Origin: a virus
Taxonomy: Duplodnaviria > Caudoviricetes
Direction: 5' to 3' (one strand)
DNA length: 43,861 bases
IMG/VR virus record: IMGVR_UViG_3300030329_000605
Coordinates: 1 to 43,861 of that record
This document shows positions 17,700-25,552 of the stretch, piece after piece. Position 1 is the first letter of the stretch, and every line of letters begins with the position of its first letter. A program made the translations under genes and the position numbers. A model generated the notes under the pieces. The model had not been told where the DNA came from, made no database searches, and was given only the letters and a program-made list of their open reading frames with translations.

Positions 17700-17723
17700 T
17701 TTAACACAAACAACGGAGTAAAA

Positions 17724-18056
17724 ATGAATAAAGAAAAGTTGTTAGACAAAATAAGATTATATTGTGAATATGAATTAAGAGAAACACAAACAGATAATCT
17801 TTATTTTGGTTATGATAAAGCCAAACAATCTTGTAAAGGTTCAATTTATTGGGTTGAGGGCAGTGAGTGTTGGGCGTATTTAAAAGGCTTAAAAACTCAA
17901 TGGGGTGAAGCTGACGATTTGTTGGCTTGTGTTCCTAAAAAAGATTTATTGTTTTATTATAATGACAATAAAGAAGATATTGATGAGTTTGTTCCATATA
18001 ATACTTGTTGGAATGAAATATCAATAAAAACAGACCAACAAAACAAAGGAGTATAA
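17724..18056 (+). CDS. Early hypothetical protein
   Basis: RBS ggag; 110 aa. Confidence 0.68.
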   Translation: MNKEKLLDKIRLYCEYELRETQTDNLYFGYDKAKQSCKGSIYWVEGSECWAYLKGLKTQWGEADDLLACVPKKDLLFYYNDNKEDIDEFVPYNTCWNEISIKTDQQNKGV

Positions 18057-18057
18057 T

Positions 18058-18273
18058 ATGTCAATTTATATTGATAGTTATAACATTAAGGTAGAGGGCG
18101 AAGACCACGACTCTAAAAGCAAAAAACCACCTTTAGTTGAAAAAATGAGTATGTCTTCTAAAGATGGTATGAACAGCAAAGCGTTTATAGATATGGTTGA
18201 GCAGATAGGCGACAGCCACGACGCTAGATGTGATGTTCATTTTAAAGTAATAATGAAACAACATAGGTATTAA
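18058..18273 (+). CDS. Early hypothetical protein
   Basis: RBS aaggag; tight packing. Confidence 0.68.
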   Translation: MSIYIDSYNIKVEGEDHDSKSKKPPLVEKMSMSSKDGMNSKAFIDMVEQIGDSHDARCDVHFKVIMKQHRY

Positions 18274-18276
18274 TCT

Positions 18277-18480
18277 ATGAAGACGTTTCAGTTTAAAGTA
18301 GCGGAACAGACTGAAGTTGAGTCTGTTTCGTCTATGAGCTATAAAAAAGCTGTTAAGTCATTTCAAGCTAAACACCCTGAGCTTAAAATAGTTGGAGTTT
18401 ACCACCCGAATAAAAAAGGGGAAACTCTATTGACTTGGCAGAAACTTCCAATGGGTAGAAAAAAGAAGATAGGACGATAA
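18277..18480 (+). CDS. Early hypothetical protein
   Basis: SMSYKKAVKSFQ..KLPMGRKKKIGR; tight packing. Confidence 0.68.
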   Translation: MKTFQFKVAEQTEVESVSSMSYKKAVKSFQAKHPELKIVGVYHPNKKGETLLTWQKLPMGRKKKIGR

Positions 18481-18481
18481 T

Positions 18482-18757
18482 ATGTCAAAAAAAGTAATAG
18501 ATGTAATAAAAGACTTACAACATTATGTAGATAATTATGGAAAAAATGTTGAAGTTGATTTTGTTATGGTTGCACCCGAAACTATATGTGATACTGATGA
18601 TGAAGATATAGGTATTCATTATAGTGGTGAAATTGGTACTTCATTACTTGATGATTATGGTTATAAAGATAGACCCAATCCCATAGTAGAGATTGGTTTC
18701 ACTTTTAATCATAAAAAAGATTGGAATGAAGAGTGGAAAAGGTTGGCTAAAAGATGA
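18482..18757 (+). CDS. Early hypothetical protein
   Basis: Acidic 91-aa ORF; tight packing. Confidence 0.65.
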   Translation: MSKKVIDVIKDLQHYVDNYGKNVEVDFVMVAPETICDTDDEDIGIHYSGEIGTSLLDDYGYKDRPNPIVEIGFTFNHKKDWNEEWKRLAKR

Positions 18758-18864
18758 TTGAAATATTTGAAATCTTTTGGTCAGCACCTATTGAATTAAG
18801 AGTTATAATATTAGGCGGGTTAATCTCGCCTTTTATTCTATTAAGAAATTCTGATAAGCGATAG
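18754..18864 (+). CDS. Small membrane peptide (36 aa, MIEIFEIFWSAPIELRVIILGGLISPFILLRNSDKR)
   Basis: Read manually; ATGA overlap with the previous gene. Confidence 0.55.
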   Translation: MIEIFEIFWSAPIELRVIILGGLISPFILLRNSDKR

Positions 18865-18945
18865 TTATTGGCTACGAAAGTCATTAAGTATGCGGTGAAC
18901 TCGGTGCACTATAAGAAAAGAGCGAGTATGCTAACTTATAGCTTA

Positions 18946-18994
18946 TGAGATAGGGGGTACTCCTAGCGGGGTGCTCCCGACCTTATTTTTTTTA
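18946..18994 (+). terminator. GC-rich hairpin with T tract upstream of the RNAP gene (terminator or RNase III site)
   Basis: gggggtactcc-tagc-ggggtgctccc then gaccttatttttttt. Confidence 0.5.
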
Positions 18995-19006
18995 TGAGCA
19001 TTTTGG

Positions 19007-19054
19007 GAGCTGAGCTGAGCTGAGCCATTAGAGCTGAGCTGAGCTGAGCCATTA
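19007..19054 (+). repeat. Perfect 2 x 24-bp tandem repeat built from GAGCT pentamers
   Basis: (gagctgagctgagctgagccatta)x2. Confidence 0.95.
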
Positions 19055-19073
19055 AAGTGCCCGTATGTAGAAG
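19053..19073 (+). promoter_or_regulatory. Putative phage RNAP promoter TAAAGTGCCCGTATGTAGAAG upstream of the RNAP gene
   Basis: Motif copy. Confidence 0.75.
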
Positions 19074-19116
19074 CCAAAAACATAAACACAATAACTTATA
19101 GGAGTTTATACAATAT

Positions 19117-21576
19117 ATGGATAGTAAACAAACATTACTAGAAATAATGCCTAAATACTCAGACCAATTAAAACACGAAAAAGAAATGGCTGAGCTAGGT
19201 AAACACAGAACTAACAAAAGACGAGTCTCTCACGTTGAGCGTGAAGAGGAGTCTGTTACGAGCTATGGTAAAGTTATGGTTGCCAACACAATCAGACCTT
19301 TAGCCAATGCGATAGCTGAGTATATACAAGAGACAGCTAAGAAGACTATAGGAAAACCACCTATTGCTTTTGTTAAGATGTGCGAAGTCCCACCTGAAAT
19401 ACTTGCTCTAATCACGGGTAAGCATATAATCAATACAATTACACAATACAAACCTTTAACTGCTACTTGTATTAGTCTTGGTGGTAAGATTGAGACTGAG
19501 ATAGCTTTAAAGAATTTTAAGTTTTTAAATCCTGAGCTTTATGAAGCTGTTAAACAAGATTTAGATAAAAGGTCTTGGAATTATGTTTATAAAAGACGTA
19601 AGCTAAGAGAGAGTGCTAAGCGTGGAATAGTTAAATGGGAAGAGTGGACTACACCTGAGAAATTGCACGTTGGATTAAAACTAATTGAGATGTTAATTAT
19701 CTCAACGGGCTTAATTGAAATTGGTATGGAAACTATCAATCATAAAAAAGCTAAGATTATTAAACAGACTCATAAAACAAGAGAGTGGATTAAAAATAGA
19801 AATAGCTTTAATGAACTTTTGAATCCTGAGTATCTTCCAACAGTTTTACAACCTAAGATGTGGAGCTCAGTTGTTGGCGGTGGGTATTGGACTAAGGAAT
19901 TACCTGAGTTGGATTTAGTAAAACAAAAGAATAAACAATTTAAGAGAGAGCTTGAAAACTTTGATATGCCTGAAGTTTATAGTGCAATCAATATAATGCA
20001 AAGTACACCTTTTAAAGTTAATAAGTTTGTTTTAAGTGTTATGCAAAAGGCTTGGGATAATGGAGATGCTATTGGTGGTATGCCACCTAATAGAAATTTA
20101 GATATACCAAATAAGCCTCACGACATAGAGACAAATAAAGACTCAAGAAGAGATTGGAAGAGAAGAGCTGTTATCGCTCATACTGAAAATGCTCGTATGT
20201 TTTCTAAAAGATTATTGTATGCTAAAATAATTTGGTTAGCTCAAAAGTTTAAAGACTATGCGACATTATATTATCCTTTACAATTTGATTTTAGAGGAAG
20301 AGCTTATTGTGTCCCTGCATTTTTAAATTATCAAAGTATTGGTGGAGCTAAAGCATTACTTGTGTTTTCTAATGGTAAAGAAATAACTGAAGAGAATAGA
20401 GGTGAGTTTTGGTTAGCTGTACACGGAGCTAATATGTATGGTAATGATAAAGTGTCTTTAGAAGATAGAGTTAAATGGGTTAATGACAATGAAGAGTGGA
20501 TAGTTAATTGTGCTCAAGACCCTTTTAGACATAGAGAATGGGAAGATGCCTCAAATGCTTTTCAATTTTTGGCGTGGTGTGATGAGTGGAGAAGATACCA
20601 AGCTAGAGGAATTGGAGAAAAGTTTATATCTCATTTACCAGTTAATGTTGATGGGAGCTGTAATGGTCTTCAATTATATTCTTTAATGTTAAGAGATAGT
20701 GTTGCGGGTAAGTTAGTTAATTTACTTCCGTCAGAAAAACCTCAAGACATTTATCAATTAGTTGCTGACGCTGTTAATGAAAAGTTAAGAGTACACGCTT
20801 CAGAAGATAGACCTTATGCTCAGCAGTGGTTAGATTATGGAGTTAAGCGTTCTACTACTAAACGAAGTATTATGACAATTTGTTATGGCTCAACAAGATA
20901 CTCTTGTACGGACTTTGTAATAGAAGATTTAACCAAGAGAAAAGATAAAGGAGAGAGCCACCCTTTTGTTGATGATTTATTTAGACCCGCTTCTTATTTG
21001 GCTAGTGTCATTTGGGATAGCATTGGGGACAATTTAAAATCAGCTAGAGTTGGTATGAAGTATCTTCAGGATATAGCTAAGATTGTTTCAAAAGAACAAT
21101 TACCTATACATTGGGTTACACCAGTAGGATTTCCAGTTTATCAATCCTATCCTGAAATGAAGTCTAAAAGAGTTAAAGCTATGCTTATGGGAGAAGTTAT
21201 AAAACCCCGTATTAATGCTGAGACTGATAAGACAGATAAATTGCGTATGTCAAATGGGGTTGCTCCTAATGTGGTGCACTCGGTTGATTCTGCGGGTATG
21301 ATTAAGACTGTTAATTTTGCTCATAAAAACGGAGTTAAGAATTTCTGTAATGTGCACGACAGCTTTGGCACGACTGCGGGTGATGTAGAAATGTTAAATA
21401 AAAGTTTAAGAGAAGCCTTTATTGATATGTTTTCTAATCACGATGTATTGGCAAAGTTCAGGGAAGATGTTGAGAAACAATTACCTGATAAATTGAAGGC
21501 TAAATTACCTGAAGTCCCTCAAAAAGGTGATTTAGATATAAATAAACTGAGGGAAAGTAAGTTCTTTTTTGCGTAA
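19117..21576 (+). CDS. Single-subunit DNA-directed RNA polymerase (T7 gp1-like)
   Basis: DFRGRAY, DGSCNGLQ, RSTTKRSIMTICYG, PNVVHSVD, HDSF motifs. Confidence 0.98.
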   Translation: MDSKQTLLEIMPKYSDQLKHEKEMAELGKHRTNKRRVSHVEREEESVTSYGKVMVANTIRPLANAIAEYIQETAKKTIGKPPIAFVKMCEVPPEILALITGKHIINTITQYKPLTATCISLGGKIETEIALKNFKFLNPELYEAVKQDLDKRSWNYVYKRRKLRESAKRGIVKWEEWTTPEKLHVGLKLIEMLIISTGLIEIGMETINHKKAKIIKQTHKTREWIKNRNSFNELLNPEYLPTVLQPKMWSSVVGGGYWTKELPELDLVKQKNKQFKRELENFDMPEVYSAINIMQSTPFKVNKFVLSVMQKAWDNGDAIGGMPPNRNLDIPNKPHDIETNKDSRRDWKRRAVIAHTENARMFSKRLLYAKIIWLAQKFKDYATLYYPLQFDFRGRAYCVPAFLNYQSIGGAKALLVFSNGKEITEENRGEFWLAVHGANMYGNDKVSLEDRVKWVNDNEEWIVNCAQDPFRHREWEDASNAFQFLAWCDEWRRYQARGIGEKFISHLPVNVDGSCNGLQLYSLMLRDSVAGKLVNLLPSEKPQDIYQLVADAVNEKLRVHASEDRPYAQQWLDYGVKRSTTKRSIMTICYGSTRYSCTDFVIEDLTKRKDKGESHPFVDDLFRPASYLASVIWDSIGDNLKSARVGMKYLQDIAKIVSKEQLPIHWVTPVGFPVYQSYPEMKSKRVKAMLMGEVIKPRINAETDKTDKLRMSNGVAPNVVHSVDSAGMIKTVNFAHKNGVKNFCNVHDSFGTTAGDVEMLNKSLREAFIDMFSNHDVLAKFREDVEKQLPDKLKAKLPEVPQKGDLDINKLRESKFFFA

Positions 21577-21582
21577 AAGCAT

Positions 21583-21603
21583 TAAAGTACCCCTACTTAG
21601 AAC
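21583..21603 (+). promoter_or_regulatory. Putative phage RNAP promoter TAAAGTACCCCTACTTAGAAC (class II genes)
   Basis: Motif copy between RNAP and SSB. Confidence 0.78.
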
Positions 21604-21623
21604 AATAAAAAAGAGGAGACAAA

Positions 21624-22238
21624 ATGGCGAAGAATAATAACGTCAAGGTAGTATCACCAGTTGGAGTTTCGCAATATGCGTGGCTAACGACACCTGATAC
21701 TCGTTTTGATGAGACTGGTCATTATAAGACTAATCTTATTATAAACGGAAAAGAAGCTCAGTCATTGAAAACTCAAATTGATGCTGAGATAAAGAAAAGC
21801 GTTGCTCTTGCTAAAGAGAAGGCTAAAGGAAAAGCTATTAAAGAAGCTCCTCGTCCTTATGAAGATGAATTAATTGATGGTAAAGCGTCAGGAAATGTTA
21901 TCTTTAAATTTAAGACGAAGGCAAAAATTATAGCTAAAGATGGAAAGGTTATACCTAATAGAGTTGCATTATTTGATAGTGCAGGTAAACCTATGATTGA
22001 CGCTAATGTTTGGTCAGGCAGTGAAATGAAAGTATCAGCAGAATTGATACCTTATTACACAGCTATGGCAGGAGCAGGTGTGTCAATGAGACTAAGAGCT
22101 TGTCAAATAGTTAAGCTAGTTGAAGGTGGCTCAAGTAATGCTAAAGGTTATGGCTTTGAATCTGTTAAAGATGGCTATGAACAACCTGAAGCAGTCGCAG
22201 AAGAAAATGTATCGCAGGAAACTCAGGCTGACTTCTAA
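21624..22238 (+). CDS. Single-stranded DNA-binding protein (T7 gp2.5-like)
   Basis: SPVG..YAWL..PD..GSE.KV...PY..GVSMRLRACQIVKLVEG; acidic tail ending in F. Confidence 0.92.
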   Translation: MAKNNNVKVVSPVGVSQYAWLTTPDTRFDETGHYKTNLIINGKEAQSLKTQIDAEIKKSVALAKEKAKGKAIKEAPRPYEDELIDGKASGNVIFKFKTKAKIIAKDGKVIPNRVALFDSAGKPMIDANVWSGSEMKVSAELIPYYTAMAGAGVSMRLRACQIVKLVEGGSSNAKGYGFESVKDGYEQPEAVAEENVSQETQADF

Positions 22239-22614
22239 ACAAGTCGGAATACGATACGGATTTCGTTCAGGCTTGGAAGAGTCTATAGCGAAAGAGCTTA
22301 AAGATAATCGTGTAGTGTATGAATTTGAAAAGACTAAGTTGAAATATACTAAGCCTCAAAAGATTCATACCTATACGCCTGATTTTCATTTAACAAAGAA
22401 AAAAATTTTTATAGAAACAAAAGGATTATTTACTACTCAAGATAGACAGAAAATGAAATTGATTAGGGAGCAATACCCTAATTTAGATATTAGATTTATA
22501 TTTTCTAATTCAAGAGCTAGGATAAGTAAGAAATCAAAAACAACTTATGGAATGTGGTGTGAAAGATACGGATATAAATATGCCGATAAACACGTTCCGA
22601 AGGATTGGTTATGA
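22207..22614 (+). CDS. Endonuclease I / Holliday junction resolvase (T7 gp3-like)
   Basis: FRSGLE, YTPDF, IETKG, DRQKM, LDIRFIF motifs. Confidence 0.95.
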   Translation: MYRRKLRLTSKQVGIRYGFRSGLEESIAKELKDNRVVYEFEKTKLKYTKPQKIHTYTPDFHLTKKKIFIETKGLFTTQDRQKMKLIREQYPNLDIRFIFSNSRARISKKSKTTYGMWCERYGYKYADKHVPKDWL

Positions 22615-22778
22615 TAGGTAGAGTAATTTATAAACAAGAGAGCGTTCAATACTATTCAGAATCAAAAGATGAATGGATTGATGTAGATAATATGGACGAA
22701 CAACATTGTCGTAATGCTCTTAAAAAAATTATCAGGAAGTATGGAGTGATAAGTGAGCAACATAAGAAAAGAAACTAA
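22611..22778 (+). CDS. Small hypothetical protein (55 aa)
   Basis: Read manually; ATGA overlap; YYSESKDEWIDVDNMDEQHCRNALKK. Confidence 0.55.
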   Translation: MIGRVIYKQESVQYYSESKDEWIDVDNMDEQHCRNALKKIIRKYGVISEQHKKRN

Positions 22779-23178
22779 ATATATTGTTATTCATTCTTCA
22801 GACACTAATCCTACACAGAATTTTGACGTAAAGGATATTGACATACAGCATAGAAAAGAAGGTTTGTTTTCGTGTGCATTTCACAAAGTAATTACTAGAG
22901 AAGGCGAAGTGCAAGACGGAAGAGACATACAAATCGCAGGTGCTCACGTTGATAGTAATGTTAAATTGTCAAATAAAAATTCTATTGGTATCTGTCTAAT
23001 CGGTGGACAGTCAGTAGATGGTAAGCCCGATTGTAATTTTACTTTTAAACAATACGAAGCTCTTTTAGAGTTAATTCGTGATTTAAAAAAAGATTATAAA
23101 GAGGTTAAGATAGTTGGTCATAGAGATATGACCGACTCCTTATCTCCGCATTTCAACGTAACTGAATTGCTGAGATAG
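22753..23178 (+). CDS. T7 lysozyme (gp3.5)-like amidase-fold protein, probably catalytically inactive
   Basis: IVIHSS, GR..GAHV, NSIGICLIGG, NFT..Q, VGHRD; lacks the Tyr46, Lys128 and Cys130 equivalents. Confidence 0.88.
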   Translation: MSNIRKETKYIVIHSSDTNPTQNFDVKDIDIQHRKEGLFSCAFHKVITREGEVQDGRDIQIAGAHVDSNVKLSNKNSIGICLIGGQSVDGKPDCNFTFKQYEALLELIRDLKKDYKEVKIVGHRDMTDSLSPHFNVTELLR

Positions 23179-23188
23179 TTTGTTTGTA

Positions 23189-23263
23189 CCCCTTGAGAGA
23201 GTATATAATACTCAACGGAAAATCTTAAATGATTGGAATTGTGAGGCTAAAGCTCTCAAGGGG
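23189..23263 (+). other. Long-range stem ccccttgagag/ctctcaagggg upstream of primase (RNase III-like site)
   Basis: 11-bp perfect inverted repeat enclosing 53 nt. Confidence 0.55.
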
Positions 23264-23286
23264 GAAATATTTTAACAGAAAATTTT

Positions 23287-24882
23287 ATGGAAAAACAGGA
23301 AAGCAACTTTTTATATCATACGCCGTGCAATAATTGTGGCTCGTCAGACGCTAATTCCGTCTATGATGATGGACACTCTTATTGTTTCTCGTGTAATACA
23401 ACAACAAGAGGAAATGATTTGACACAACCCGCAAAAGAAAAAACAAGTAGTGAATTTATTAGTGGAGCAGTAGCACCTTTAATAAAAAGAAAAATAGATT
23501 TAGATACAGCAAGAAAATTTAATTATCAAACAGGAGCTTGGTTTGGAAGACCAGTTCAGATAGCTAATTACTATGATAAAGATAAAAATTTAGTTGCTCA
23601 AAAATTAAGAAACCCTGACAAGACATTTCAATGGTTAGGAGACGCAAAGAAGTCAGGTTTATTTGGACAACACCTTTGGAGAGATAAAGGTAAGATGATA
23701 ATAATTACAGAAGGCGAGATAGATTGCCTTAGCGTTTCTCGTATCAACCAAAATAAATTTCCAGTAGTAAGTGTAAAGAGTGGAGCTCAAGGAGCTAAAA
23801 AAGATATTCAAAGAGAGCTAGAATGGCTTGAAGGATTTGATTCAGTAGTGTTAATGTTTGACCAAGATGAACAAGGTAAACAAGGAGCTATTGAATGTGC
23901 TAAATTATTCTCACCTAACAAAGCTAAGATATGTAGTCTTCCTTTAAAAGATGCTAATGAAATGTTAGTTGAAGGTAAGACTAGAGAATTAGTAGATTGT
24001 ATATGGTCTAGTAAATCATATAGACCTGATGGAATAGTTTTAGGTGCTGACTTATGGAATGAAATTAAAAAAGAAGATACTTATGTTACAGTTCCCTATC
24101 CTTTTGAGTGTTTAAATTTAAAGACACACGGATTAAGAAAAGGAGAGCTTGTTACTATTACAGCAGGGACAGGAGTAGGTAAAAGTTCTTTTTGTAGGCA
24201 CGTTGCATTACATTTATTAGAAAAGGATATGAGCGTAGGTTATATTGCTTTGGAAGAGAGCGTTAAACGTAGTGCTCTTGGAATTATGGGTGTATCTATG
24301 AAGAAACCCTTACATTTAACTAGAGAAGGAACAGATGAATCGGAACTTAATAAGACTTTTAAACATACTATTGGTAATGGGAAGTTTTACCTATATAATC
24401 ACTTTGGTAGTACCCTCGCTGATAACTTATTGTCTAAGATAAGATATTTAGCGAAGGCGTGTAGTGTAGACTTTGTAATATTAGACCATTTACATATGGC
24501 TCTATCATCTATTGGTGATGAACATACAAATGATGAAAGAAAACTAATTGATTATACTGTTTCTAAATTAAGAACATTAGTAGAAGAGACTGGTATAGGA
24601 TTAATATTAGTTAGTCATTTAAGAAGGTCTGAGGGAGACAAAGGATTTGAAGATGGTAAGAGTGTAGGATTAAATGCTCTTAGAGGTAGTCAAAGTATTG
24701 CTCAATTATCAGACATAATTATTTCAATGAATAGAAATTTACAGGCAAACAATAATCTTGCTCAAGTAAATATATTAAAGAATAGATTTTCAGGAGAAAC
24801 AGGAAAGGCTTGTAATCTTTATTATGATTTAAAGACTGGTTGTTTAAGTGAAGTCAAAGGAGATATATCTGATGAGTTTTAA
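23287..24882 (+). CDS. DNA primase/helicase (T7 gp4-like)
   Basis: Zn finger CNNCGSSD..CFSC, TOPRIM ITEGEID/MFDQD, Walker A AGTGVGKS, ILDH, LRGS.SIAQLSD, KNRFSGETG. Confidence 0.98.
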   Translation: MEKQESNFLYHTPCNNCGSSDANSVYDDGHSYCFSCNTTTRGNDLTQPAKEKTSSEFISGAVAPLIKRKIDLDTARKFNYQTGAWFGRPVQIANYYDKDKNLVAQKLRNPDKTFQWLGDAKKSGLFGQHLWRDKGKMIIITEGEIDCLSVSRINQNKFPVVSVKSGAQGAKKDIQRELEWLEGFDSVVLMFDQDEQGKQGAIECAKLFSPNKAKICSLPLKDANEMLVEGKTRELVDCIWSSKSYRPDGIVLGADLWNEIKKEDTYVTVPYPFECLNLKTHGLRKGELVTITAGTGVGKSSFCRHVALHLLEKDMSVGYIALEESVKRSALGIMGVSMKKPLHLTREGTDESELNKTFKHTIGNGKFYLYNHFGSTLADNLLSKIRYLAKACSVDFVILDHLHMALSSIGDEHTNDERKLIDYTVSKLRTLVEETGIGLILVSHLRRSEGDKGFEDGKSVGLNALRGSQSIAQLSDIIISMNRNLQANNNLAQVNILKNRFSGETGKACNLYYDLKTGCLSEVKGDISDEF

Positions 24883-25093
24883 TAAATTTTTAAAACAAAA
24901 AAGACAATCTATACAATGGACTGCATATGTTTTAGAAGCTGTAGGTAAAGCTAAAAAATATCAAAGACCAGTTACATTAGATGTAGCTAAAGAAAGTTCA
25001 GCTTTTATGTTAGAAGACGCTCTTTTAAATTTAGCTTTGAATGGTGAAAATGCGGCGTGGAGAGTAGAAGTTAAACTACATACATTACAATGA
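24872..25093 (+). CDS. Hypothetical protein
   Basis: Overlaps both neighbours. Confidence 0.6.
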   Translation: MSFNKFLKQKRQSIQWTAYVLEAVGKAKKYQRPVTLDVAKESSAFMLEDALLNLALNGENAAWRVEVKLHTLQ

Positions 25094-25368
25094 AAAAGAA
25101 ACCTAGTGAACCACTTATAATAGGCGGTAAAAAATATTATAAATATAAAATTATTTGGGAAGATATTGTTGGCGATTCAACGTTAGCTACTGCAAATGAT
25201 TTTGCTAAGATGACTTGTGCTGATGTGCATACGGAGTGTTGGATATTTGATAAGACAGATGATTATGTTTATTCTTTTGCAAGTTATTTTACAGATGATG
25301 GAGAAATAGAATTTGGGGATAGAAATATTTATCCTCGTAGTGTTATTAAAAGTATGAAGAGAATATAA
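25090..25368 (+). CDS. Conserved hypothetical phage protein (W.D..GD motif)
   Basis: IIWEDIVGD..CWIF..FASY..GDRNIYP. Confidence 0.68.
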   Translation: MKKKPSEPLIIGGKKYYKYKIIWEDIVGDSTLATANDFAKMTCADVHTECWIFDKTDDYVYSFASYFTDDGEIEFGDRNIYPRSVIKSMKRI

Positions 25369-25369
25369 T

Positions 25370-25552
25370 ATGTCAGACTATCAAAAATTATTAGAAATGT
25401 GGAGAGAGGAAAAGCAAAAGCGACAGCAACTTGAAACAGAAAATAATAAATTAAAAAATGATTTGAAGACAGAAAAGTTAGATAGAGCATACGACAAATC
25501 AGTACACACACAAGAAATAGAAGATTTAATGAAAGGTAAATTTAAAAAATGA
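25370..25552 (+). CDS. Hypothetical coiled-coil protein
   Basis: Tight packing; ATGA overlap with the polymerase gene. Confidence 0.6.
   Translation: MSDYQKLLEMWREEKQKRQQLETENNKLKNDLKTEKLDRAYDKSVHTQEIEDLMKGKFKK

Noticed and set aside
18865-18994. tRNA or attP remnant, or a second ribozyme, upstream of RNAP
   Set aside because: No T-loop/CCA pattern and no hammerhead, twister or pistol core recognised by eye; kept only as an unassigned structure
19007-19054. Possible mini-CRISPR array
   Set aside because: Repeats are directly adjacent with no spacers, and there are no cas genes
18963-19217. Minus-strand ORF containing LMAQLSSA x2
   Set aside because: Only the translation of the 24-bp tandem repeat; overlaps the RNAP start and promoter
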